Assembly (NCBI GenBank): GCA_963843375.1
Contig: CAWJKT010000029.1
Coordinates: forward strand, 1 to 64,000
DNA: 64,000 bases
Direction: 5' to 3'
Source of the DNA: an uncultured Pseudomonadota bacterium
GTDB taxonomy: Bacteria > Oederibacteriota > Muellerivitia > Muellerivitales > Muellerivitaceae
A model generated the notes under the pieces. It was not told the origin of the DNA. It was given only the letters and a program-made list of their open reading frames with translations, and ran no database searches. Shown here in pieces: positions 29,751 through 39,507 of the stretch. The stretch's first letter is position 1, and every line of letters starts with the position of its first letter. The position numbers were made by a program, and so were the translations under genes.

Positions 29751-32453
29751 ATGAAAGATAAACGTCCAAATCCGGATGAGCTTCTAAAGCAATTCCATGA
29801 AGGGGAAAAGAACCGCAACCGGGGTAAGCTGAAAATTTTCTTCGGCGCCTATCCAGGCGTGGGCAAAACCTTTTCTATGCTGGAAGCCGCGCGCATCAAA
29901 AAGGCAGAGGGGATTGAAGTGGTGGTAGGAATCGTGGATATCCACGACAGCAAAGAGACGGAAGCCCTGTTGCAAGGTATGGAAGTTTTGCCCCACTTGG
30001 AAGTTCCGCAAAAGGGCGATTGTTTATGGGAATTTGACTTAGATGGCGCCTTGAAAAGAAGGCCGGAACTCATCATCGTTGACCACCTAGCCCATACCAA
30101 TGCCGAAGGGTTTCGCCACCATAAACGCTGGCAGGACGTGGAAGAGATCCTTGAAAGCGGCATCGATGTCTATACAACCCTGAATGTCCAGCACCTCGAA
30201 AGCCTTCACGATATCGTCACGCGGCTAACCGATGTCAAGGTCTGGGAAACGATTCCTGACTCAGTGCTGGAGAACGCGGACGAGATGGAATTGGTCGACC
30301 TGCCCCCTAGCGACTTGCTGGAGCGGTTGGAAGAAGGACAGATCTACATTCCCGAAACCCACCAGCCGGCCTTCTGGCATTTTTTCAAGCGGGCTAACCT
30401 GGACGCCTTTCGGGAAATGGCCCTGAGAATCACCACCGATTGGGTGAATGAGCAGGTTCAAGTCCATCATCGGGGAATGGCTACCGCCCAAGCTTGGCCC
30501 ATTCGGGAACACCTTTTGGTCTGCCTGAGCGCCAGCCCTACTGCGGCTAAATTGGTGCGGGCTGGCCATCGAATGGCCAAAAGCCTCAGAGCGAACTGGA
30601 CTGCCGTTTATGTCGAAACCTTTTTGCATACAAAAGACAGGGGTGAAAGGGAGGCCTTGGCCATCCAAAATCTCCGATTAGCGGAGCGGTTAGGAGCTGA
30701 AACCGCCATTTTGACAGGATCGGATTTTACCGAGGAAGTCCTCACCTACGCCAAGGACAAAGAAATTACCAAGATCATCATTGGACAAGCACCAAAGCCT
30801 TCCTGGCGCTCTCCTTTTCCCAACACCCTGATTGACAAGCTTTTGCGCGATTGCGGGGATATCGACGTCATCGTGACCCGGGGAGAACCGGATAATCCAA
30901 GTTCAACAAGAACAGTTGCCGAAAAGGTCCCTTTCAAATGGGATTGGAAGAGTTACGCTTATTCCCTCCTCCAAGTCATCCTTTGCACGGGGATTTGCGA
31001 AATCCTTTTTCATTACATGCGTTCCACCAATGAAACCATGATTCATGTCAACCAAATCATGGTTTACCTCATGGGCATAACGGTTTTATCCGCGTTCCAA
31101 GGAATAGGGCCTTCCATATTGTCCTGTTACCTCAGCGTTACGGCCTTCGACTTTTTTTTCGTGCCGCCCCTTTATACCCTCACCGTTTATGACAGCCAGT
31201 ACGTCATTATCTTTTTCGCCATGCTGGGAGTCGGGATTTTCATCAGTACCCTAACGGTAAGGTTCCAAATTCAAAACCGTCTTTCCCGTTTGCGGGAAAG
31301 ACGCACCGAGGCTCTATACGCTCTTTCCAGGGAATTGGCCTCGACCCGGGGGTCCGCCGAACTTTTGGAAAAAGCGGTAAAACATATTTCGGAGATTTTT
31401 GAGAGTTCGGTTTTGGCTTTCTTGCCAAACGCACATGGACGGCTGGAGGTGCATTCGGGAAAAACGGTCGATTTTAATCTTTCCAGCAAGGAAATGGGGG
31501 TAGCCCAATGGGCCTATGATCTGGGGCAAATGGCGGGAAAAGGAACGGAAACCCTCTCGGATGCGGAAGCCCTTTATGTTCCGTTGATGGCCTCGGGAGA
31601 GCCCGTGGGAGCCTTGAGCGTCAAATCCCGATTTCCGGACCGTTTGTTCATACCCGAGCAACTGCAATTATTGGAGGCTTTCGCCCATCAGACGGCCATC
31701 GCGGTTTTGGGGGATAAAATGGCCGAGGAAAAACAACACGCCCAATTGCAGATGGAAACGGAAAAGTTACGGAGCTCCCTTTTAAGCTCCGTATCCCATG
31801 ACTTGCGTACCCCTTTGGCCACTATCAAGGGATCGATTGGGGGACTGCTGGAATCGGGTGAAACTATGGAAGTTGCCACTCGCAGAGATTTCCTAGAGAA
31901 CATCCATGATGAAACGGACCGTTTGGAAAGGCTGGTGACCAACCTCTTGGAGATGACCCAGTTGGAGGCGGGAGCCATCCAGCCTCGCAAGGAACCCAAT
32001 GACCCAGTGGATGTGATTGGGTCGGCGGTGGCAAGGGTCCAAAAAAGGCTGGAAGGTCGGAAACTGGAACTGCGCGTGCCGCCCGACATGCCCCTGGTTC
32101 CCATGGATGGCATTTTAATAGGCCAGGTGGTGACCAACCTGTTGGACAACGCCGCCAAATATACCCCCGAGGGAAGTCCAATTGAAATTTCCTCCTGGAT
32201 TGACGAAAACCAGTGGGTGGTCCAGGTCTCCGACCGCGGTCCCGGTGTTCCGGAACAAGACTTGCCTCATTTGTTCGATAAATTCTATAGGGGTCCTCAA
32301 AAAGAAAACAAAAGCGGGGCCGGGCTTGGTTTGGCCATTTGCCAGGGGATCGTGGATATCCACGGGGGAAACCTGACTGCGGAAAACCGTTCGGAAGGCG
32401 GGATGTTTTTTCGGTTGGTCTTACCCTTGGAAAAAGAGATAAATAAAGACTAA
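29751..32453 (+). CDS. kdpD: KdpD sensor kinase, copy 2 (intact)
   Basis: GAYPGVGKT, AHTN, TTLNVQHLESL, Usp, 4 TM, GAF, SHDLRTPL, GAGLGL. Confidence 0.93.
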   Translation: MKDKRPNPDELLKQFHEGEKNRNRGKLKIFFGAYPGVGKTFSMLEAARIKKAEGIEVVVGIVDIHDSKETEALLQGMEVLPHLEVPQKGDCLWEFDLDGALKRRPELIIVDHLAHTNAEGFRHHKRWQDVEEILESGIDVYTTLNVQHLESLHDIVTRLTDVKVWETIPDSVLENADEMELVDLPPSDLLERLEEGQIYIPETHQPAFWHFFKRANLDAFREMALRITTDWVNEQVQVHHRGMATAQAWPIREHLLVCLSASPTAAKLVRAGHRMAKSLRANWTAVYVETFLHTKDRGEREALAIQNLRLAERLGAETAILTGSDFTEEVLTYAKDKEITKIIIGQAPKPSWRSPFPNTLIDKLLRDCGDIDVIVTRGEPDNPSSTRTVAEKVPFKWDWKSYAYSLLQVILCTGICEILFHYMRSTNETMIHVNQIMVYLMGITVLSAFQGIGPSILSCYLSVTAFDFFFVPPLYTLTVYDSQYVIIFFAMLGVGIFISTLTVRFQIQNRLSRLRERRTEALYALSRELASTRGSAELLEKAVKHISEIFESSVLAFLPNAHGRLEVHSGKTVDFNLSSKEMGVAQWAYDLGQMAGKGTETLSDAEALYVPLMASGEPVGALSVKSRFPDRLFIPEQLQLLEAFAHQTAIAVLGDKMAEEKQHAQLQMETEKLRSSLLSSVSHDLRTPLATIKGSIGGLLESGETMEVATRRDFLENIHDETDRLERLVTNLLEMTQLEAGAIQPRKEPNDPVDVIGSAVARVQKRLEGRKLELRVPPDMPLVPMDGILIGQVVTNLLDNAAKYTPEGSPIEISSWIDENQWVVQVSDRGPGVPEQDLPHLFDKFYRGPQKENKSGAGLGLAICQGIVDIHGGNLTAENRSEGGMFFRLVLPLEKEINKD

Positions 32454-32625
32454 AAGATTCTAACGAAATCCTTTTGAGCCACGAAGGACATTGAGGTCGC
32501 CGAATAAAACAAAAGGCAAGCTTGTTTAAACCCCGAAAAATAACGGTTGTTTTTTATTTTATGGGTTAGTTTAAAATTGTTCTTGAAGCTCTCGATGAAT
32601 TAGAAGAATTAGAAAAGGATCATCA

Positions 32626-33835
32626 ATGAATTTTAAAATGAAAAATTGGATTGTGTTTCTAGCTTGGGGCCTTTTGGCCGCGGCCCAGACCCGATCCCAG
32701 GAAATCAACAATGTCCAATTCAAATTGGACAACCAGAAAAAGGAAGTTCACATTACTTATGATCTATTTGACCCCCAGGAAAGGGCCAACGATGTGATGG
32801 TCCAAGCCTCCAATGACCAAGGAAAAACTTGGGACCTGCTTCCTTCCCCTAAAGTGCTATCCGGTGATGTGCATGGCGTTAAACCCGGAAAAGGAAAAAG
32901 TATCGATTGGAAGGCTGGAGATGATTTCCAGGGGTTCTCCACTGAATTGTTCCAGGTTCGTCTGGTCCTGGTACAGGTGGTAAGTTCAGCTTCCTCGGCA
33001 ACTACAAATCTCGACCCGGTGGCTGAGGCGACACGAGAAGCCGAGGTGGAGGAAAAAGAAAATCAGCTTGAACTAACCAAGTCAAAAGACCTTCCTCAAA
33101 CCATGACAGGAAAAGATGGAGCCTCCATGGTTTTGATTCCAGCTGGATATTTCACGATGGGTTCACCCAATGGAAAGGGCGGGAAGGATGAACATCCCGC
33201 CCATCGGGTTTGGGTCAGTGCTTATTACTTGGACCAATATTTGGTGACTTTCAACCAATTTGACAAGTTTTGTGAAGCTACCGGAAGGCAAAAACCGTTA
33301 GACGGCATTACCCTAACCGTAGCCATCACCAAACATTGGGGAAGGGATCAAAGCCCGGCCATGAATCTTAACTGGTATGAAGCGGAGGCCTATTGCAAGT
33401 GGGCGGGTGGCCGCTTGCCCACGGAAGCGGAGTGGGAAAAAGCTGCGAGAGGCGGAACTGAATCGATTTACTTTTGGGGAAACGACGGGGGTAAAGCGGC
33501 CGATTACGCCTGGTATGACGGAGATTCCCGTTATAAGACTTGGCCTGTGGGGCAATTAAAACCCAACCCTTTTGGATTGTACGATATCGTTGGAAATCTG
33601 TGGGAATGGGTGTCCGACTGGTATGGAGCGGATTATTACGGAGAAAGTCCGGGCCGTAATCCTGCGGGTCCGGAAGAGGGGAGGCTAAAGGTGCTACGGG
33701 GAGGATCCTTCTCAAACGGCCGATGACACCTTGCAGGTGGCGCACCGGAGCAGTTGGGATCCGGAAAAACAAGATGGCGAGGAATTAATGGGCCATCGTT
33801 ATGAACATGGCTGCCGTTGCGCATTTACGCCTTAG
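32626..33835 (+). CDS. Secreted FGE-sulfatase (SUMF1/EgtB/PvdO) domain protein, frameshift at ~33718
   Basis: IPAGYFTMGS, DEHPAH, RLPTEAEWEKAARG, NPFGLYDIVGNLWEW, VLRGGS; the shifted frame supplies the terminal ...HGCRCA (GFRC-like) motif. Confidence 0.88.
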
Positions 33836-34028
33836 AACCTAAAACGAAAATTTTTTTACCAACAATTTCGCCAGACTCTTCGAATCGCAGCGAGTGACAC
33901 CGGACCAAGAGCGACGAAAGGCAAAATGTTTTAAATCCAATTTTGTATTCGGCGTGACCTTAATGATCTTGGTGATTTGAATTGTCCTACTTCCTGGGTT
34001 TTGTGAGAGATTCTTTTTTAATCGGTGT

Positions 34029-34787
34029 TTAATGGTATTGGTGGTTGAAGCTGTCAAGTCCGCCTTGACCTGAGGTTGTTTTATCATCTTGCTTGTTGAG
34101 GGGAACAAAGGTTTCTTTCACGACCGGTTCGGTGACATCTTCTTCTGTTCCGGTAGTGAAAAGATCCTCTCCTAAAGTCCCGTTGGCGGAACAATCGTAG
34201 TAATGACCGTTTTCCAAGTAAACCTGGAACTGATTTTTTTTAAGCCCCTGCCATCGCCAATAGCCACGGTCGAAATACAACCATCGTTCAGCGTAAACAT
34301 CGTGCCACCAAAAATGCTTACCAAGGTAAAGAGTCCAATAAAAATCGCCGCCTGAGGACCAGCCATACCACTGAACTCCTGTTCCGCTGCGGAAATGGAC
34401 ATAATCCATGCCCTTCAAGGAATGCCAGTAATAAATCTTGGACTTATTCTCCGATTTGTTGAAGGATTCGATTTGAGGAAGGAAGGAAGGGTCGGCCAAA
34501 CTGTTGAGAGCTTCCCCCAGGGGAAGCTGGGCGCTGTTTTCCAACTGGAGGGGTTTTCCATCAACGTTTTTTCCGGGAGGCGACGGAATGGAATGATTTT
34601 CCGAGTCATGCATTTTTTCTAAATCTCCCAAGACGATTGGGCCCGGGACCTGCGTGATTGACAATGGAATGTTTGAACTAGGGGTTTCTATTGCTGTGGG
34701 AGTGGATACTTCCGAAGCTAGGAGTCCAATGGCGCCTCCTCCGCATAAAAGCAGGAATAAGCCCAGACTCGAAATTGTTTTTTTCAT
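34029..34787 (-). CDS. Secreted Trp/Tyr-rich hypothetical protein, paralog of 56652-57440
   Basis: Signal peptide; YYWH...WYGW...HFWWHD.YAER.LYFDRGYW. Confidence 0.8.
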   Translation of the reverse strand: MKKTISSLGLFLLLCGGGAIGLLASEVSTPTAIETPSSNIPLSITQVPGPIVLGDLEKMHDSENHSIPSPPGKNVDGKPLQLENSAQLPLGEALNSLADPSFLPQIESFNKSENKSKIYYWHSLKGMDYVHFRSGTGVQWYGWSSGGDFYWTLYLGKHFWWHDVYAERWLYFDRGYWRWQGLKKNQFQVYLENGHYYDCSANGTLGEDLFTTGTEEDVTEPVVKETFVPLNKQDDKTTSGQGGLDSFNHQYH

Positions 34788-35078
34788 CGAACGCCTTCCT
34801 TTCGCCACCGGATTATACAAGTTTTTGAGGATTATGTGGCTCGTCCGTTCTCACGGTTCAATCTTGGTTTGAATTGACCCCATCGGAAATGCAAGCTTTA
34901 TGGGTTTTTAATCGCGGAATTTTACTCAACAATTTTAGAGTGAATAAATGGCAAAACCTGGCTTTTAGCGGCAAGCAGCCAATCAACTCAACTGTTTAGG
35001 GTTTGGAATAATACTAATCCAGCTGATTGAGATGACGCCTTGAAATAAAAACCCGAAATCCTCCAACAAAACATTTTC

Positions 35079-35152
35079 CTAACGAATCTCTAATTACTTA
35101 CTAACAAACGCCTCCGTAACAGTCTCCTACCACCTTCTAACAGCAACCTAAT
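35079..35152 (+). promoter_or_regulatory. Array of 11-bp-periodic CTAAY direct repeats (OmpR/KdpE-type operator candidate)
   Basis: CTAAC 35079, CTAAT 35090, CTAAC 35101; GTAAC 35116, CTACC 35127, CTAAC 35137, CTAAT 35148. Confidence 0.7.
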
Positions 35153-35235
35153 CGGTACCGGACATATATTTTATTTGAAAGAAACGGTCGGTTCTTTCCA
35201 AAGCTATTTGAAGAACCGAAACAAAGGGGGAAGTC

Positions 35236-35337
35236 ATGAATTTATTAATTATAGTCGGCTTGGGCTTGTTTCTAACCACCACCGGACTATCGGGAATGAT
35301 AGGCGTAATGCTTTTTAAAAAAGACGATTTATTTTAA
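35236..35337 (+). CDS. 33-aa single-TM micropeptide with KdpF-like architecture
   Basis: AGGGGG RBS; MNLLIIVGLGLFLTTTGLSGMIGVMLFKKDDLF*. Confidence 0.65.
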   Translation: MNLLIIVGLGLFLTTTGLSGMIGVMLFKKDDLF

Positions 35338-35374
35338 TTCAAATAATTTTAGACTTTTAAAAAGGAGCAAAACA

Positions 35375-35731
35375 ATGAAAACTTTAACATTAGTCTTAAC
35401 CATGGTTTTGGTGTTTGCAAGTGTTGGAATTGGTTTTGCGGGTAATAAGCCAGCCGTAACCTATCCAGCGGGGATTTTGGTCTCGGCCAGTAACACCGTC
35501 CAAATGAATGAATTGACCCCGTGGCACAAAGGAGCATTTCAACACCCCGCAGGAATTGTTACTGCGGGAGTTTGGTACCGTACCTGCCCCGTGATGACCG
35601 GTGTTATCCTTAACTCGAAACGTGAATCCGAAGTTACTTTGTCAAACGGAAAAAGAATCATGCTTTCCTGGGCAGGTTTAAAGGATAAGGTGGAAGCTAA
35701 TCTTCAGAAATACCAGCCTTATATGTATTGA
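35375..35731 (+). CDS. Small secreted protein with a YHS/TRASH-like C-terminus
   Basis: AAGGAG RBS; signal peptide; TCPVMTG...NGKRIMLSWAGLKDKVEANLQKY. Confidence 0.7.
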   Translation: MKTLTLVLTMVLVFASVGIGFAGNKPAVTYPAGILVSASNTVQMNELTPWHKGAFQHPAGIVTAGVWYRTCPVMTGVILNSKRESEVTLSNGKRIMLSWAGLKDKVEANLQKYQPYMY

Positions 35732-35842
35732 TGTTTAATGGACAGGGTTTCCAAAAACGGTAAGAGTCAAAACCGTTTTTGATTTTCGGTCAGCCGGGAA
35801 ACGGATAAACCTAATGGATCTGAAGCTTGAGATAGGTGAAAA

Positions 35843-36223
35843 ATGAAAAAAATAGAGGCAATCATCCGGCCCGTAAAGTTTGACGATGTGAAGATGGCCT
35901 TGGCGGAAACGGGTTATGGGGGGATTACCGTTACGGAAGTCGAAGGTCACGGCACACAAAAAGGCTTCACTCAAGTTTGGCGGGGCAGGGAATATAAGGT
36001 TGATTTGTTGCCCAAGATTAAGTTAGAGATTGTCTGTCCTGAAAAAGACACGGCCAAACTGGTTAAAGCTATTTTAAAAAGCGCATGGACTGGCCAAGCG
36101 GGTGATGGGAAAATCTTCGTCTATGAAATTGCCGAGGCCTATCGGATTAGCAGTGGGGAAGAGGGCGAAAAGGTCCTTTTTGAAAACCAAAATCCCGTTT
36201 CCAAGACGGTAAAAGCCGTCTAG
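35843..36223 (+). CDS. P-II family protein 1
   Basis: MKKIEAIIRP, EGHGTQKG, WRGREY, LLPKIKLEI, TGQAGDGKIFV. Confidence 0.95.
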   Translation: MKKIEAIIRPVKFDDVKMALAETGYGGITVTEVEGHGTQKGFTQVWRGREYKVDLLPKIKLEIVCPEKDTAKLVKAILKSAWTGQAGDGKIFVYEIAEAYRISSGEEGEKVLFENQNPVSKTVKAV

Positions 36224-36276
36224 ACACATTTCGGGGATAAGAATAGCCGTATCTTTGTTTCTTTTTGGATGAAGAC

Positions 36277-36308
36277 AAAGGCTGACCCATCAAGGTTAGC
36301 CTTTTTTT
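36277..36308 (+). terminator. Intrinsic terminator
   Basis: AAAGGCTGACC-CATCAA-GGTTAGCCTTT followed by a T run. Confidence 0.75.
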
Positions 36309-36417
36309 ATAAGCAGGTTGGCGGTTCACAATTGTTAATTTACGGCTTTGTGCCATAAATTCAGGTTTTCCCCTGGCTTTCAAACGTGAACTTCCAACGG
36401 GTCAGCGGGAGTTCGCC

Positions 36418-36783
36418 ATGTTAAAAATTGAGGCGGTTATTCGGCCTGAAAAACTGGATCCGGTTTGCGCAAAACTACGGCGAATTGGTTATCCCGGAAT
36501 GATGGTGATGGAAATGGAAGGCCATGGGCGCCAAGGGGGCCTTCATGCTCATTGGCCGGAAGGAATGCGGATTAATTTTCTTCCGAAAGTCCGGATGGAA
36601 ATCGTAGTCGAGAACAAGGATATGAGAAAAGTGATATCGGCCATTCTTTCGGGGGCGCGAACCGGGGAAGAGGGCGATGGTAAAATCTTTATTTCGGAAA
36701 TTAAGGAAGCCATTCGCATTCGTACGGGCGAAAGGGGCTCCAAGGCTCTTTCGAAGGAGAAAGGATTGTCCCTGAAGAAATAA
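36418..36783 (+). CDS. P-II family protein 2
   Basis: IEAVIRP, EGHGRQGG, FLPK, TGEEGDGKIF, AIRIRTGE. Confidence 0.95.
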   Translation: MLKIEAVIRPEKLDPVCAKLRRIGYPGMMVMEMEGHGRQGGLHAHWPEGMRINFLPKVRMEIVVENKDMRKVISAILSGARTGEEGDGKIFISEIKEAIRIRTGERGSKALSKEKGLSLKK

Positions 36784-36830
36784 GGGAATTCGAGGCTAAA
36801 TCAAAATTATTTGGACCAAGGGGAAAACGG

Positions 36831-37166
36831 ATGAAACGAATCGAAGCCATTATCAGGCCTAATGCCCTCAAGGCGGTTTTGGACAGCTTAGAAGAAATCG
36901 GTTATCCCGGTGTGACGGTTCAGGAAGCCCAAGGGCACGGCACCCAAAAAGGTGCTACCGACATTTACCGGGGCCAAAGCGTTGAAGGTCTGCTTCCCAA
37001 ACTTGTAGTGTCCATGGTGGTAGAGGATAAAATTTTGGATAAGGCCATTGAAACAATTGTCAAGGCGTCGCGTAAAGGTGAAATTGGCGACGGTAAAATT
37101 TTTGTTTATTCGGTTTTTGAAGCCGTGCGAATCCGTACCGGGGAGAGGGGCAAGGAAGCGCTTTAG
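36831..37166 (+). CDS. P-II family protein 3
   Basis: IEAIIRP, QGHGTQKG, YRG, LLPK, GEIGDGKIFV, AVRIRTGE. Confidence 0.95.
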   Translation: MKRIEAIIRPNALKAVLDSLEEIGYPGVTVQEAQGHGTQKGATDIYRGQSVEGLLPKLVVSMVVEDKILDKAIETIVKASRKGEIGDGKIFVYSVFEAVRIRTGERGKEAL

Positions 37167-37274
37167 ACCCCGTTCCCCATTTGGCGGTACAACACAACGG
37201 TATGTTGAGGAAAACTCTTAACAACAATATGAGGTTCAAGTCGATTCTATCCCCCCTGCGATTAGAATCCTGCC

Positions 37275-37298
37275 GAAAAAATCCTTCGGATTTTTTTA
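37275..37298. terminator. AT-rich hairpin, possible bidirectional terminator
   Basis: AAAAAATC-CTTCG-GATTTTTT after P-II gene 3. Confidence 0.5.
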
Positions 37299-37417
37299 TT
37301 AGAAATTGTGGATAGGTTTATTCCGGTTTTCTCTCCTTGATTTGCTCAAACGCTTTCCTAACGAATTCGGATTTCTTCTAACAGCAATTTAATGCCCTGC
37401 TGTCGTAAACTTCCGGT

Positions 37418-37472
37418 ATGAAAATTTCACATTTGTTAATTCTAAAATGAAAATATCACATCTGTTAATTCT
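37418..37472 (+). repeat. 29-bp tandem duplication creating a 10-codon uORF (37418-37450)
   Basis: ATGAAAATTTCACATTTGTTAATTCT versus ATGAAAATATCACATCTGTTAATTCT. Confidence 0.9.
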
Positions 37473-38082
37473 CATGCGCGAAACAGATCTCTCGCCCGAA
37501 CAACTGGCCACGCGGTTGGGAATTTCCAACATGACTGTGCGCCGCTGGATGAAAAGATCGCCGGGTGAGACGCTTCCCGTCATTTATCGAAGAACAGTGC
37601 AGGACGCTATTTACCAGATGGTCATTGATGGAGTTTTAACGGCGGATTCCCGATCTTATCAATCGGTTTTAAAAATGAGCCAGGGTTTATCTTTTGTGAC
37701 GATCCTTAAAAGTTTGGGGATCAAAAACGATTTCAAAAAGGCGCCTAGTTTTGCGCCTGACCGCTTGATGGTGGGGCTTTCCCAAATTGGGGCCAAGGAA
37801 AGGCAAAAGAAGGAAGTGGATAAGAATTACAAAAAAATAAGGTCATTCAGTCGATTGAGCCGGGAGTGGAAAGATAGGATTTCGACACTAATGCGGGTGG
37901 TTTTGTCCGGAAAATTGAATTCCTCGGACAAGTTAGTTGCATATGGAGCTTTGTTTTACCTGTTATGCCCTTTTGATTTAATCCCGGATAACATCCCGGT
38001 TTTCGGCTTGATGGACGATTACGTTGTGCTGGGGTTGGCCTCGGCACATTACATTAATAAATACAAAATTCTTTTTGGATGA
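37447..38082 (+). CDS. XRE-type HTH fused to a DUF1232 (YkvA) membrane domain
   Basis: LSPEQLATRLGISNMTVRRW; ALFYLLCPFDLIPDNIPVFGLMDD. Confidence 0.88.
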   Translation: MKISHLLILMRETDLSPEQLATRLGISNMTVRRWMKRSPGETLPVIYRRTVQDAIYQMVIDGVLTADSRSYQSVLKMSQGLSFVTILKSLGIKNDFKKAPSFAPDRLMVGLSQIGAKERQKKEVDKNYKKIRSFSRLSREWKDRISTLMRVVLSGKLNSSDKLVAYGALFYLLCPFDLIPDNIPVFGLMDDYVVLGLASAHYINKYKILFG

Positions 38083-38089
38083 ACTGAAA

Positions 38090-39481
38090 ATGAAAAAAAT
38101 ATTTTATGGAATTCTTTTCGCTTCCTGGGGTCTCGCCGGCGTTGTTGGCGCCCAAACCTTTACCCTGGAACAAGCCATCCTTTCTACCTGGGATAACTCT
38201 TCCCAATTAAAAGCCCAAAAGTCTTTGGGGGTGATCTATTCGGATGACACCTGGAGGCGGTTTATACCCGAAGAACCCCAAGTTTCCTATACCTGGTCGG
38301 ACAACAATGCCGAGCAATCCTGGGGCCTTTCCTTGGACTATCCCATCCCTTTTAAAAGCTTGGCCTATACCCAACTGGATTCGGCTGTTGCCCAGCAGCA
38401 AAGATGGGAATTCACTGCTCAAAAATATGACCTGGCGGTCACCATCGCTCAAGCTTACATGAACTGCGCTACGGACCAGGCCATGATCGTTTTTCAAACA
38501 CAAAACGTACAGGATTTAGAAACCATTACTGATGCGATCCGAATCCAGTACACCCATGGGCATTCCAATCAAACCCAAAAAATCAGCGCTGAGCTCCAAT
38601 TAACCCAGGCCCAAAGAGACCTCAAAACTGCCCAAGACCAGATGAAAACGGCTGTGGAACTTTATGCCCGGCTAATGAAGGTTCCGCCCGGCCAGGTGAC
38701 GGGTTTTGAACTCCCAGACGACGTTCCGTCATCAATTATCAAGGAATTGGGGGACCGGACATCGGGCCAATTACGGGATAAAGCCTCAGTAGAAGTGGGG
38801 GAGGCCAATCGCGCAACAGGGTTTTGGTCCCAAATACCCGATTTGGATTTAAGCGTCGGCCAAAACCAATGGCTCAACCTGCCAGCAAGCCCTTCGGGCT
38901 TGCAATATGACTACACCTTCAGTGTTGCCATCACCGTTCCCATCCTTTTTCCATTCCATGAAGTGGCCGAAGCGGGTAGAGCTGAAAACCAGGGGATTGT
39001 TTCCAGGGAAATGGCCAAAATTCAACTTTTGCAGGACAACTCGGCCCAGGAAGCGGGAGCCCTTGATTACGTTCGCAGCAAAGAGCGTTTCAAGCAGTTG
39101 CATTCCAGGGATTTGGTTCTGGCTGAGACCATGAAGGAAAGCGCAGTGGAAGCCTATAAAAGGGGAACGCTCCAATTTTCAGATTTGATGTTGGCCCGTC
39201 AGACTTACGCCAGTTTGAAAACCGAGGATATTCAAATCCGCGCGGAAATTGTTAATGCCCATCTGGCCGGTTTGAGGGATATCGAGGAATCGTCCGAAGG
39301 CTCAACAACGAATGGTTCGAATGATGCGGAAAAAAATACACCCCCAGCGTCGGTAGATCAGGTTCCATTGTCCGTCCCAAGTCCACAGCCCCTTTTGGGC
39401 GCCAATAATCCGCCGGTGGATTCTACCCCGACTCCGGCGGCGGGAACCAACGACGGGGATGGTTCAAAAGAAGCGAAATAA
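38090..39481 (+). CDS. TolC-family outer membrane efflux protein
   Basis: Signal peptide; TLEQAI; IPDLDLS; AYKRG...DLMLARQ; precedes MFP and RND genes. Confidence 0.85.
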   Translation: MKKIFYGILFASWGLAGVVGAQTFTLEQAILSTWDNSSQLKAQKSLGVIYSDDTWRRFIPEEPQVSYTWSDNNAEQSWGLSLDYPIPFKSLAYTQLDSAVAQQQRWEFTAQKYDLAVTIAQAYMNCATDQAMIVFQTQNVQDLETITDAIRIQYTHGHSNQTQKISAELQLTQAQRDLKTAQDQMKTAVELYARLMKVPPGQVTGFELPDDVPSSIIKELGDRTSGQLRDKASVEVGEANRATGFWSQIPDLDLSVGQNQWLNLPASPSGLQYDYTFSVAITVPILFPFHEVAEAGRAENQGIVSREMAKIQLLQDNSAQEAGALDYVRSKERFKQLHSRDLVLAETMKESAVEAYKRGTLQFSDLMLARQTYASLKTEDIQIRAEIVNAHLAGLRDIEESSEGSTTNGSNDAEKNTPPASVDQVPLSVPSPQPLLGANNPPVDSTPTPAAGTNDGDGSKEAK

Positions 39482-39507
39482 GTTTATTTTTTAACGAGGT
39501 GACGACG

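Noticed and set aside
35843..37166. Naming the P-II genes glnB, glnK or nifI
   Set aside because: There is no amtB, glnA or nif context and the loops are non-canonical, so a symbol would overstate function.
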